Source: Callorhinchus milii
Lineage: Eukaryota
Direction: 5' to 3'
Assembly: GCF_018977255.1 (NCBI RefSeq)
Contig: NW_024704743.1
Span: 106,766,001-106,830,000 of the forward strand
Length of the DNA: 64,000 nt
Below, in pieces: positions 1 to 12,619 of this stretch (position 1 is the first letter of the stretch; every line of letters starts with the position of its first letter). The notes under the pieces are model-generated. The model did not search any database. It was not told where the DNA came from and saw only the letters and a program-made list of their open reading frames with translations. A program made the position numbers and the translations under genes.

Positions 1-893
1 TGAGCTAAGCTGGCAACTGAATATAACATTATTTTGAGTGAAGGGAAGTTTACATTGTAAGATAGTTCTCGTATCTGCAGCCTTACGATCAAACTAACTC
101 TAAACCATTGTTTGTCTTCCCTCTGTTTTCTTGGGTTCACTCATCAAATATTAATAGGAAGATTGGAATTAATAAAGGCAGTCAACGTGTGTGTGTATTG
201 CCCGTGTCATAGTGACATGATTGACAGTTATATATTGCTTAGTGACATACTCCATGGTCTTCCAACCATGACCTCTCTTTATGACCCAGAACTAAAGCAC
301 TTAAATTCCAAAAGGTTGTAAATTCAAGTCGCCTGTGTCTATTTAGTAGATATTTAACCCAAGTCTTACAATTTCCAATGAATTGAATGCCTATTCTGTT
401 CATATATAATTCAATCTATGCACAGTCCAGTGAGCTAACTATTTTAGGATCTTAGTGTTAGGAATAGGGAGAACAGATTATTAAAGTGGGGAGGAAGATT
501 TCACTTCAGCATAGAGATAGTATGGTTCAAGCTAACACACAAAAAAAATCGGAAAACACTTCTTTTAGACCATTCAGCCTTTTTGTTCCAAACGTGAAAG
601 AACAAATTCTATAAACTCGAATTTTGTTTACAATTCAGTGAATAAAATAAGGTGTCCATGTGACATCTGATGGGAAGTCCTGCATGTCAAAAGCTCTCAC
701 TTAGTCCAATAGATCACCCAAGAGCTTCCAGGATTGTCTTGTCGTGCTTTTTTTTACGAGTTATTTGCAACTGGCTTTATAATAATATGATAGGGTCTAA
801 AATTGTGGCCCGAAATGTGCTAATTATCACTGATGATGGTTAACCACTTTACACATCACAATTTTTACCTCACTATCACATACATGACATATA

Positions 894-1231
894 TCAGTGG
901 TTAGGGCGCTCACTTGGCTTTGGGTCCTAGGCTAGGCAAAATGTTGGCCAAGTTTTCTTACTCCACACACTTCTGCTTACCTGGTAGTAAGTAGGAACCC
1001 GATTGTCAGTAGATTGGTGGATTGCTTTTCCGTAGGTAATAATTCCTTAAAAAAACAAATAAATTGGTCACTCAATCCACGACCATTTGTGGGACACTGC
1101 TGTGCGCAATTGGCTGCCACGTTTCGCCCACAAAATATACAGTCAATTCACTTTACAGTATATTCTGTGAAGCGCTTTGAGACATCTTGAAGAAGTGATA
1201 AGGTGCTATATCAAATGTAAGGATTATTATT
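894..1231 (+). mobile_element. tRNA-Ala-derived SINE, long (CORE-complete) older form
   Basis: Degenerate head cagtggttagggcgctc; CORE-like ggccaagttttcttactccacacacttctgcttacctggtagtaa; body gtgggacactgctgtgcgcaattggctgcc; tail gtgaagcgctttgag...aaggattattat. Confidence 0.9.
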
Positions 1232-1264
1232 TTTTTTCTACAGCATTATAAATGACTACTATCT

Positions 1265-1710
1265 GGGCTAACAGGGTTTAGGTGAGAAGCTTGATAGGAT
1301 TGGGTTATATTCCTCAGACCAGAGGAGTGATTTAATGGAGGTATTTAAAGTATGAAAAGAACTGACAGATTAGACAGTGAAGGAATCTTTTCCCTTGGTA
1401 GAGGGATCGGTTACAAAGTGGGCATAGCCTTAAAATCTGAGCTGAGAGAGTTAGAACCGAAGTCAGGAAACATTTCTTCTCACAGAGGCTTGTGAAGATG
1501 CGGAATGCTCTGCCCCAGAAAGCTGTAGAGGCAGAATCAATAAGAATGTTTAAAAAGGGATAAATATTTGGGTTGTAGAGGTATAAAGGGGTATTATAAG
1601 ACAACGGGGTATTGGGATTAAAAGGTCTTCCAAGCCCTAATAAACCGATAAAAAAGGCTCAATGGCCTGGATGGTCTCCTCCTGTTCCTGTGTTCAATGT
1701 TCCTATGGTT
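1265..1710 (+). mobile_element. CR1 LINE 3' fragment
   Basis: Decayed ORF2 C-terminus (GHSLK...VRKHFFSQRLVKMRNALP) plus 3' UTR ending ctcctgttcctgtgttc. Confidence 0.85.
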
Positions 1711-1980
1711 CTGTTGTAAATAACAATATTAAAAGTTACAAATGCATTTCCATCTCACCATCTTAGAATGACTCTTTATTGAGAATTAGTTCAAATTAAT
1801 ATGATTTAAATGACTAATGTAATAGCACGCATGATTGCTATATGAATGGTAATATTTATTCAAACTAGCTATTCTCGTGCAAATGACAAGTGCAGAATGT
1901 GTGACAGCAGATGTCTATTGTTGAAATGTTTTGTAAATTTGCAAATACAATCAATTTTTGGGGGTCAGCTAAATATCTGA

Positions 1981-2400
1981 CACATGTGGAAACCTGTCAC
2001 CTTGCTTAAGTGTATACAAACCAAAGGAGTCCACATTTATATGCCACCTACACATGGAAGTTTCCCTGTGTCTGGAATGCAATGCACATTCTCTCTCCGT
2101 AGGGATACACCCTGCTTATCTAATTCCAGAAAGTATTAATAATAATGATCCTTGCATTTGATATAGTGGCTTATCATATAATTGAGATGTCTCAAAACGC
2201 TTCACAGATTATATTGTAAAGCGGATTGACTGTGCATTTCGTGGGCGAAGGTAGGTGCAGGTTGGCAAGAGCCAAGGCTTGGGGACTCCAGATTGTGTGT
2301 TGGGGTAGTACTGAAATGCAACTGTTTGTCCAGCGGGGACCATTCTACCAAGACAGACACAGAGGATTGACTGATTCCGACACTTCATTGCCAAGCATGT
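1981..2400 (+). repeat. Old unclassified dispersed repeat (LINE-RT-like remnant), split by a SINE tail at about 2138-2250
   Basis: Aligns by eye with 23919-24070 (+), 12240-12385 (-) and 34560-34770 (-). Confidence 0.65.
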
Positions 2401-2501
2401 CAGTTTGGAGTCAGCTTAGCTCTAAGGAGACCTTGGTAACCTGCCCCTCTCCCCCCCATCATGAAAATAGTACAATTAATTGAATACAGAATATAGTAAT
2501 T

Positions 2502-3262
2502 GTGCACCATAGCGTAGTGATTATCGCGCTTGCCTCGCAAGCGAGAGGGCCACGGTTCGATTCCCAGGCAAGGCGAAACCTTAGTTAAGTTAAGTTTCCT
2601 TACTCTACACACCTCTGTTTACTTAGCAGTAAATAGAAAACTGCTTGTTAGTTGATTGGGAAATCGTTTTCCGGGGGTAATAATCCCTTCTAAAAAAAAT
2701 TTGATCAATCCACGACTGTTTGTGGGACACTGCTGTGCGCAATTGACTGTGCGTTTTAACTTGGATTATATAGCGCCCTCCACGCCGGACGGCTTCTCAG
2801 AGCGCTTCACAATAACGGATCCCGGGGCCGAGCCAGAGGGATGGGAAGGAAGGTGATCAAAGGCACGGATGAAAAGAAAGGTCTTCAGCCAAGACCTGAA
2901 AGTGGGAAGAGAGAGGGCGAGGCGAAGGGAGTGAGGAAGGGAGTTTCAGAGCCTCGGGGCGTAGTGGCTGAAGGCACGATGGCCGATGGTGGAGCGGAGA
3001 ACTTGGGGAACAAGGAGGAGGCCAGACCCGGTTATCACGCTTGCCTCGCAAACGAGAGGACCACGGTTCGATTCCCAGGCATGGCAAAACCTTAGTTAAG
3101 TTTCCTTACTCTACACGGCTCTGTTTACCTAGCAGTAAATAGAAACCTAATTGTTAGTTTCACCCACAAAATACAGTCAATCCACATTACAATATATTGT
3201 GTGAAGCTCTTTGAGACATCTCAACGATGCGCAGTATCCAATGGAATGATTATTATTATTAT
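2502..3262 (+). mobile_element. tRNA-Ala(CGC)-head SINE interrupted by an L2 3' end and a local duplication of its own head
   Basis: Head 2502-2580, body to 2755, duplicated head 3030-3158, tail 3160-3262 ending (tta)n. Confidence 0.85.
2757..3030 (-). mobile_element. L2 LINE 3' end
   Basis: Minus strand reads pyrimidine-rich L2 ORF end and tail aagcgctctgagaagccgtccggcgtggagggcgctatataa. Confidence 0.85.
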
Positions 3263-3328
3263 TGTAGGGGGGCTGAACTCATCAGACAGCAGGAGAAGCA
3301 CTTCAACAGTGCAATAATATTCTTTAGT

Positions 3329-4278
3329 CAAAAACAAAAACAGAAGTCGCTGGGAAAACTCAGCAGGTCAGGCAGCATCTATGGAGAAAGGAAAGTGAGT
3401 CAACGATTTAGGTCCACGGTCCTTTGCCAGAACTGGGGCATGTTGGAAGGGAGAGGCTTTTAAGGGCTAACGGAGAAAGGGGAGGCAGGGCAAGGAAGTC
3501 AAAGGAGAAAATGGGGTAGAGGACGGGATGATGGGTTAAAGAGGTGTTAGTGATGCAGAACAAAGGGGGGGATTGCAACAAAACAAGGGAATAGAAGTGT
3601 TAATACTGCAAAACAAAGGGAGGGGGGGGAGATTGCAACAAAATAGGCAGATCAGAGAGGGAAAAGGTGTGTCAGGGGCCAAGATGATGTGGTAATGGTC
3701 ACAGAAGAGTGGGAGGGGGAAGGTGAGCTGCTATGGTCTGAAATTATTGTAATCAATATTGAGACCAGTAAGGTCCCTAGCAGATAATAATAATAATAAT
3801 AATCCTTGCATTTGATACAGCGCTTTTCAAGTCTTCTCAACATCTCAAAGCGCTTCACGGAATATGCTGTAAAGTGAATTGACTGTATATTTGTGGGTGA
3901 AGCACGGCAGCCAATTGCGCACAACAGCGTCCCACAAGCAGTCGTGGATTGAAAATGACCAATTTATTATTGTTTTGGAGGGATTATTATTAGGCGTGTG
4001 GAGTAAGGAAACTTGCCTAAGGTCTCGCCCTGCCTGGAATTGAATCCAGGTGTCTCACTTGCAAGGCGAGTGCTCTAACCACTGAGCTACAGGATAAATG
4101 AGATGTTGTTCCTCGACCTTGCGCTGTGGCTCATTGGAACAGCGTGGAAGACCGTGAATGTCCAAAACGTTGACTCACTTTCCTTTCTCCATAGATGCTG
4201 CCTGACCTGCTGAGTGTTCCCAGCGACTTCTGTTTTTTGTTTCAGATTTCCAGCATCTGCAGTATTTTGCGTTTTGCC
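3329..4278 (-). mobile_element. Penelope-like element (PLE), 5'-truncated, with inverted pseudo-LTR arm
   Basis: Minus strand encodes GIY-YIG-type ORF end IHGLPRCSNEPQRKVEEQHLIY/LLGTL..GLNIDYNNFRP*. Inverted arms at about 3329-3405 and 4162-4278. 13-bp TSD aatattctttagt at 3316-3328 and 4279-4291. Confidence 0.85.
3784..4094 (-). mobile_element. tRNA-Ala SINE (short form) nested in the PLE ORF
   Basis: Near-complete SINE consensus on the minus strand; the PLE reading frame resumes across it; gataa on both sides. Confidence 0.95.
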
Positions 4279-5259
4279 AATATTCTTTAGTTATTTTGCT
4301 TGGAAATTCATGACATTACATTTTAATACATAATTTACTGATCCTTTTCCAATCATGACCATTTTCAGTAATCTGAGCATTTGTACATTTGTTTTAATTT
4401 CGATGAGGAAAACTGGGAGCCTCATGCAGAAGAGTGGCTTTACTTGGCCAGCCCACCTGCTTGACTCCCCGGCATTGCTTTTACTGGGAGAGGTGAAATT
4501 CCGTGGTCATTGTTCAGAACATTTTCACAGTGGTGCAAAGTGCATTTCCCACAAAGTCAGTCTGAACTGAAATGGTGCCATAAAAATTCTGTCTGTTGAA
4601 ATAACACTGAGTAGGTATTTGCATCTGTTATGCTTCATTAAGATCCAAAATATACTCGGAGATCACAAAGTCCCAGTCACAGAAGCTCACAAGTCTGGAG
4701 TTTACAGCATTCGCTGATTCCTTTGTTTGTTGTGAGTGTGTTTTGCAATGCATTAGGGAAAGCTGAAGACCTCTGATGTTCCATGAACATCAATTCAAAG
4801 AATAAGAAAACAACAGAATAAAGAATGACTGCTGCGGCAGAACACAGGAGCAGCTGACCAAGTTCCTGAGCGAGATTGTATCTGTATTGATTACAGGTTA
4901 ATCAATATTTTGCAAGGCTATGGAGGAAGAACAATTAGTGAAATAACACTGACAGTTTTAAGGTATAAACCAAGACGATAATAAGAAATGTACCAGCAAT
5001 AGAAAAATGCAACAAAAATGTAAAACATGTCTACTTCCTTGTTTGGAAGGTCAATTGACCTCAGGCAATTCATGCATGAAAGACATTCCGAGCCATGAGC
5101 AGATTATTTATTAATACAGAGCTCCATCATATGACAAATATTTGAAATAGTTTACTAGCACAGCTATTATAGTACCAGTGAGATATCAGTTTAATGTTGT
5201 ACCCAAGTAACAGAATAGTATGTGTTATTCACAAAATGACAGGTGTAGAAACAATTGAT

Positions 5260-5925
5260 AAGAACATAAGAGCATCAGAAATGCTTGACAAGGTCCATCA
5301 ATTCACCTTCCAGGCGGTCGCATGCATATATGCCTCGAACTACCTATATATTATATCCCATAATGTTATTTCCTAAAAGAAAATTCTGTAATAATAATAA
5401 TCCTTGCATTTGATATAGAGCCTTATCACATCCCACAAACGGTTGTGGATTGAGTGACCAATTTGTTTTTTAAGGAATTGCTACCCCCGGAAAAGCGATC
5501 ATACAATCGACTAAAAAACGGTTTCCCACTTATTGCTAGGTAAACAGAGGTATGTGGAGTAAGGAAACTTGCTCAACATTTCACCCTGCAGGAAATCAAA
5601 CCCAGGTCTCTTGCTTGCGAGGTGAGTGCTCCAACCACTGAGTTATAGGACTCCACTATCCAGTCTGTGTTTGAAGGAATCAACACTTCCTGTTTCAACT
5701 GTTTCCTAAGGGAGTCTGTTCCACAGGTTTACTATTCACACACTAAGTGTTTTTGTAGATTCGTTCAATCGCAGGCTGTGTCCTCTGGTTTTACTATTCC
5801 TGACTAGTTGAAGCAGCCTATCGTGATGTATATTGTGTTGCCCCTTTAGAATCTTGAAGACAGTAATCATATCACCTCTCAATCGTTTCTTTCCCAGCGT
5901 GAACATGCCTAATTTACCCAATTTA
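5260..5925 (-). mobile_element. CR1 3' fragment, same family as 54791-57419, split by a SINE
   Basis: LGMFTLGKKRLRGDMITVFKILKG...RGHSLRL and (ttcttatg)-type tail near 5260; near-collinear with 56995-57419. Confidence 0.9.
5389..5656 (-). mobile_element. tRNA-Ala SINE (long form, internally deleted) nested in CR1
   Basis: gtggagtcctataactcagtgg head and (tta)n tail on the minus strand. Confidence 0.9.
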
Positions 5926-6529
5926 ACATTTATAAGTGGAATCCGTTTCTGTGTGCAGCAAGCTAACTATACAATATGTATTCATGTACATTAGAATGCA
6001 TATCCATGGTGTATATCCATAGCTTTGGATTCTTAAATTGCTGTCGTCAGTGAACAATATGCTGAGAGAATTCTGACGCCTATTTATGTTTAAGTAAATA
6101 CCTAAAAAGGAGAAACATAAATGTATAAGGGGAAGAAGCAGGAGAATAAGATTAAATGGATACCGTTTTCAAAGAGCCATTATAAGCACGATGGGCTGAA
6201 TGGCCACCTCCTATACTGTGTATATCTATGCTTCTTTAAGGTTTACATGTATGTATTACGATCCTGATCTGTTATTTGTACGTGACAACGTTAAAGCAAC
6301 AACCATGAGAATATATAGTGTGTGGTAGATTGCTTTTTAGTTACAACTTGCATTTGTATGGTAGCTTTCACACAAGATAATGTCTCAAAGCATTTTTTAA
6401 AGATGATGGGAATCATCAAGCAGGAAATGGAACTTAAGGGTGTTGACCTGTGGCAGTCAAATAAATGAGAATTTTGAATTGGGTGTTTTGAAAGTGGGGG
6501 GAAAAGTACGGGATAAAACCCAGAACAAT

Positions 6530-6800
6530 ACCTTAAGGTGCACCAAGATAGTAGAACAAGAGGACATTGGTTTAGCGTTGCAAAGGGTAATTTCAGGATT
6601 GATACCAGGAAGGCTTCCTTTACTCAGAGGGTAATTAACAATTGGAACAGGTTGCTAGGAAGCGTGGTTGAAGTTAACCCACTGGACTCATTTAAAAAGC
6701 AGCTTGATGCTGTGATGGAAGATCGGTAGGATGGGTAACCTGGACGGGATGAGATCAAATCGGCTGAAAGGACTTCTTCACCGAACCAATCTTGCAATCT
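6530..6800 (+). mobile_element. CR1 3' fragment
   Basis: SRTRGHWFSVAKGNFRIDTRKASFTQRVINNWNRLLGSVVEVNPLDSFKKQLD matches the CR1 ORF2 C-terminus. Confidence 0.9.
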
Positions 6801-7689
6801 TGTGAAAGGGATTTGGGGGAGTTCCATTGAGCAGAGGCAGAAGATTTCTTTTGTTCAGTATTCAAGTATCAACCTTGGTTACTGTAATATCTCTCTGCAG
6901 AGCAGTGTTGATTAACACAATTATTTCTGTGACTACTTTGATAGCTTTGTGACAGGTAAGTTTGCATCCTCCCTGGCACAGGTATGATAAGCTTCAAGAC
7001 CTCTCAGCCATGTTGCTGTAGAGATCTTTGTGTCTCGTCCTCTCAGGAGAGGAGACATGTGTTGGCCACTCCTGTCAGGCCAATGACAGCATCGCACTAG
7101 GACACTGTGAAGGGTCAGGCATCTGGACTGCTCTGGTTCATCTTAATGAGAAAACCTACATGTTAGGACATTTTTTGCAGATATGCATAGAGATTTCTTG
7201 CTGGATTTAGCCTGCAGTACTCCTTAGCAATTCTTGTAAACTAATGAACAAATATTATTCCTCATTCCTATTAAATAAGCAACAGAAAATAACTACCAAA
7301 TAGCTCTTTACTAATAATGGCTAAGCTTTATATGACATGATACTTTCATGAAGTGTTATACATCTGATGATTTCTGTTGAATTTATAATTAAGAACGTCT
7401 ACAGAATGCCAACCACTCATAAGAAGAAATGGTAATTTACATAAATTAAATGCAGTGTTTTAATGACAGCAATTATGTGGTGCAGACAGTTCGAGGTAAA
7501 ATGTCATGATGCTGAGCCATGTTACCATGGGAACAGGACATGCAAGATAACATTGTGTTATGTGGCACATTAACAAGATCCTTTCTGGGTTTAAATCATA
7601 CATTTTGTAATTTATTTTATTTTATTTGGATGCCAATAAGGATGACACATTTGCTTAGTATTTCAGTCTGGCTTTCGTCTATTGAGGGA

Positions 7690-7820
7690 ATGGGAAATCA
7701 GTTAAGAAAAATTAATCGGAAGACAATAATGGTTAGGGAATCAGCAGTTATAAAGTGGGAAACAGTATTTAAGGAGGTGTTGATGAGAATACAAATTGAA
7801 TTTATTCCACAGAAATTCAA
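7690..7820 (+). mobile_element. Decayed CR1 ORF2 linker fragment
   Basis: LRKINRK...KWETVFKEVLMRIQIEFIPQK resembles the CR1 EN-RT linker pattern W..FK..L...Q...IP. Confidence 0.55.
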
Positions 7821-9829
7821 TGGGCGACAGTGTGATGTGTTTTGCTCACCGATTCTCTTCTCTGTTCTTGAAGGTTTTTATCCTTCTACTTACAATTTTT
7901 CTGTGGGTTTTCCAGTTGCTAGCTCAAGTGATCATTCTTTATGTGAAAAAGATAATCAGAGCAGCCAAGATTGAACATCTGATTACTCGGAACATCTCAA
8001 GTAACAATGGAAGAGATTTTCAAATACACAGTAAGCAAAGGGTGAAAGGAAGTTTCAGTGATAGCAAACCAGACACTACACTTTACAGCAAATTCTGTGA
8101 AGCACTTTGAGATGGCCTCCTGATATGAAAGGCACCATAACAAATGCAAAGATTATTAATCTTTATCTTTGCTCCTAGCACGATAGTTAGAAGATATCTA
8201 TTATTTTAAGCATCGGGATAGCAATCATTTTCCCTCATTTTATCTTCTTTACATTTATCTAAATGGCTGCTTTATCTGGGCTTTAGTTTATCTAGGCTTT
8301 ATTTAGCAAAATTTATATGTAAGATTTCGGATAATTTTCAAAAATAATCACAGCTCCTATTTTCTTCCCATCTGTAAAAACAGTTCATAAATCAGAAACC
8401 CTCAGAGCTGGTGCAAGTGGCCACAGTACACTTTTGGTCTGTGGTGCATTTTATTATCACGAACGCTGTTAATATTCAATCATCTGTCTTCCTTTTCTCA
8501 GCTCAAAGACACAATACATCAAAGAGCATCATAATGCAATCTGAGAGTTGCCCCAGTTCAGTCAGAAAATTCAATCAGAATATGTCAGCATAAATGAATT
8601 ATAAAAGACTGAAGTAATGAAACAAGTCATATTTATGGTTATGTTGACCCATATTACACCTATTTCGCTATTCATTCTGAAAGGAAAGTGAAAATTTAAC
8701 CCTGTGCAATGGTGTGTAGATAGTGATGAAAACTGTCTTTTGCCAATTCAGTTATAGTGAACTTTTATCTCAGTGTAAATTTGTTACATTATCTAATTGC
8801 TTGACATGAAAGAAAACCTATTAAAAGATCTAATAACCAAAGCAAAGACTAAATTTCAGATTCATCTTCACATGTCTTGACCTGTGATGAGATGCCTGGA
8901 TTAAAGTACTGTTTGTTGAGCGAACAGATTAAGAAGCCAAGAGAGTTGTTTGCTTTTCTTGGAATTATAACAGAAGTGCAGAACATTGCGTGCTTTGCAG
9001 TAAATTTTAATAAGATTTTGAGAAGGAATTTTATCATTACATTCAACAGGAATGCGTGAGAAACGTGAATGTAGAATATTCCTCCAACAATTACTAACAG
9101 GTCAAGATGAGTTCTCTTAAAACCATGAGAGTTGATATAACAGAAGATTAGACATCTATCAAATTTCTTCTCCTTAGTATATTAGTAAATAAAACTGGTC
9201 ATTCACTCCATGGCTGTTGGTGGGACATTGGTGTGTGCAAATTGGCTGCCGAGTTTGCCTACAAATCACGGACAGCCAATCCACGTTTTGATACACTGTA
9301 TACTGTGCAGCGCTTTGGGACATCTTCCCGACATGAAAGGTGCTATACTAAATGCAAGGATTATTATTATTAAATCTCGCATCATGGTATCATAATATTG
9401 TGAAATAACCCCATGCTGCTCTGAACTGTTTGTGTACTCTTACTAACAGCTGCTTTTTCACCATTCTTCCTTTGTACATCCACCTCATTATCTCTTTCCC
9501 TTCTGATCTGTACCTTGGTACTTTGATGCCACTTGCCCTTAGTCTGACTTCTTGTCATTGCCTCTTTCTCTGAGCTGCTCTCTCCTGTTATGGTTGCATA
9601 AATGCCCTTGCTTAGGCCTGAAATGCGAAAAGAACTACAAATAACCCTTGCACTCAATGTCAACCCCCTCCTAATATACAACAATATCTTCATTTCTGAC
9701 AGTATTACTGAAAAGTACTTGAATTTTAATATCTGATAAAAGTTGGCCTAATTAGTAACGTTTCTTAACAGGACGTTTTAAATAAAAAATTGGAGTTACA
9801 CAGATAAGGGTTCCTTCCAGTCATTAGAA

Positions 9830-10110
9830 GTACGTCATGCTGACCCTTGGGAACGTTACTTCAATACAATCTGCTTCCGGAGTGGAGAAACTGAACATCC
9901 TCCTCCCCGCCCGATTTCAGCACAGTATCGGTTCTGAAGATTTCTCTGCTGCTCCCAATCACGTGGATTGGCATTTAAGTGCAGATAAAAACAGGATACT
10001 AACTTAACTCATTTGGTATTCTTGGAAGCAGCACTCAAATGCCGCTTCCAGGATTTCAAATCAAAGTCGCGCCGGCTTCCTGAAATCCAGGACAGCAGCC
10101 GAGACATTTT
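9830..10110. promoter_or_regulatory. CpG-retaining promoter/enhancer-like motif cluster
   Basis: CRE-like tacgtca (9831), ETS gcttccgg (9873-9880), GC box ccccgccc (9905-9912), CCAAT-CACGTG-G-ATTGG (9955-9971). Confidence 0.4.
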
Positions 10111-10329
10111 AAAATCAGCTTTATGAGCAAACCATCCTGTTTCTTGTATATGATGTAGTTTGCATAACGGGTAAAGCCTATTATCGCATTGCCAGGTAGC
10201 AGAGTTATCTTCATGGCAGACACTAAGGAATAAATAGTTTCTGTTAAGAAAGAGGCTATGCAGAAAACTTTTAAATGACATTTACAATAGATGTTCACGG
10301 TAGAAAGATTACAGTAGCGTCCCTAATTA

Positions 10330-11190
10330 ACCAAATTGTCGGGGATTCACCAAAGGATCTTATTGAACTTAGCAAAGAAATGGCTCCTAAGACAGATGGT
10401 TAATAATCAGAAATTAAAGATTTATATAGTGATTGGTCTAGTTGGAGTGCATCAGAGAGTATTTAATGAACTGAGGAGAAATTAGAATTTTTTTAAATTG
10501 AAATTTCTCCTAGCCGCTTGGAAATGTGGTTAATGACTAGAAGATTGGAAATAGTTCATGAGATTCAATTCTTAAGAAAGGGCAGAGGTAGGAACCCACT
10601 CATACCTGACTTAGTTATGAGTAATGATCCAGAAGTGTTAGCAATCTGAGGACACATTGGGAATAATATGATTAAATTCAATATCACGCATGAGAAGGCG
10701 ATAGGAGAGCCACAAACCAAAGTTTTGGACTTAAATCAGGCCAACTTTGCTGGGATGAGAAAAGAATTGACTGAAGTAATACAGGAGGGATTGTTAGTCA
10801 GTAAATTAACTGTTGAGTAGTGGAAATCTATTCAAGGAAGTGTATACCACTGAAAGGCAAAGGTTGTGCTTCTGCTGTGAAGCAACCTTGCTCTTTAAAT
10901 ATGCTTACACCAGAAGCAAATGAAAGAAACAAAAAGCTTATGGAACAGCAAGAAACTGGAATGAAAGGATACTGCAAGGAATATAGAAAGCAACAAAAGA
11001 AAGTAATACAATGGGCAAAGAGGTGAAAAGATTTTCGGGTGGCATCAAGGATATTTGTGAAAGAGGTTTTTATATAAATAAATGAAGAGGAAGAGAAGAG
11101 AGTGGTAAAGAAGAAAGTGCACCCCTTGAATCCAAGTTACCAGTTTGGAGCTCTTTCGGATATGTGTCTGCTAAAATCAGGAGAGAAGGG
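10330..11190 (+). mobile_element. Decayed CR1 ORF2 fragments (EN end, linker, RT start)
   Basis: DLVMSNDPE, ANFAGMRKEL, CIPLK and EDWK...KKG motifs with many stops and frameshifts. Confidence 0.7.
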
Positions 11191-12619
11191 AGACATTTCA
11201 AAATACTTTTTTATAACGTAATGATAATAATCCTTGCATTTGACATAGTGCTTTACATATCAGGAGAACATCTCAAAGGGCACTTCACAGGATTTTATTG
11301 TTAAGTCTCATGACTATATTTTGTAGGTAAACAATCCTTAAATGTTAGGAATACCACAACTCTACTGCCATAGGTTTCCTCACAGAAATGCCAGGATTGA
11401 GATTGAAACAGAGAGAGCTGTGAATTGACCAGGTCCTGCAAGTCTCATAATGGGAGGATGAATTTTTTTTTGAATTCATATGCTGTCTGATGTATTCCAA
11501 ACAGTTTGGAGATTACACACAATACAGAGTTAAAAAGAGCAAATTGTATATCTGTAAAATTCTCAAAAGATTTTCAATAAGTTTGTAAAGTATGACCTAC
11601 TGTTCATAAAACTGGGTGTCATGGAGTTGTCTCCATTACTCCTATTAAATGCCTATGAATGATTTATTTTATAATAGACTGCAATATTTTGTTTCACAGT
11701 AAGTGACAAGCGAACAGGTTATTCATTCAAAAGAATCATGCTTCTGACATTTTCTAAATTGTGCAACTATTATTTTACAGTTTTCTGTTGCTTCTGTATG
11801 TCACGTCCTGTTAAAGCCTCTGGACACAAGCTCTCGATGTCTGCACTTGTTTTCTTAACTACTCACGCACACCTTCCACACAGTCCACTGGCCACTATAC
11901 ATATAATTTATATGTCTGTAGTCAAGCAATCCATTTTTTCATGACCATTTCATTGTGATTTACTTCATAAACTAAGCTTCTTCTCCTCTTCCAATATTGG
12001 AAAGGACATGCCACCATATTCCATGGTGAAAATTATTAGAATATACATGTCTCCTCTCATTTTATTATTTTATTATTCTGTTACCTCTCTCCTTACCTTT
12101 AGGGGTATCATTTGTTCTTTAATATTCCCCTTCCTATGAACGTATCCAAACAATCCTGTGATTCCCTTAATATTCAGGGGAGATTCAAATTTTCAATTTG
12201 GACATTTTATGTCATATTATCTTCTTGAAGGTTTCTCTCTCCCTGGAGGGTGCAGCCAATCAGGGAGAGACTGCATATTCCCTTCCAAACATGGGAATTT
12301 CCATGTGTAGGTGGCAAAAATGGAACTCTCATTTCCGTTTGCACATGCCCATGTGGAATATGCTAATCGTTCACATGCGAATAATATAGGATGTAATGTT
12401 GCATCAGTACTCTGGAGTTTTGTTTGATTTATCTTAAAGTACTCACAGGTTTGATTTAGTTCCCTTTGTTCTGCAGCAAGAACATGTTTTCAACAGAACC
12501 CTAGAAGTGAATCCCCTCCTGTTTTGATGTAAAGTTTATGGTACCCACAGCAAAGCGAAATGGACATGAAGCCAAGCGGTGAATGTTGGGTCTGCTGAGG
12601 TCTAAGGAGAGTTAGAACA

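Noticed and set aside
6901..6955. 55-bp exon candidate (ctctctgcag ... cag|gtaagt)
   Set aside because: Stop codons in all three frames and no partner exons; it could only be non-coding and is unsupported.
7519..8110. 151-aa and 104-aa overlapping ORFs
   Set aside because: No domain signature; part is a decayed CR1 linker and the end runs into a SINE tail.
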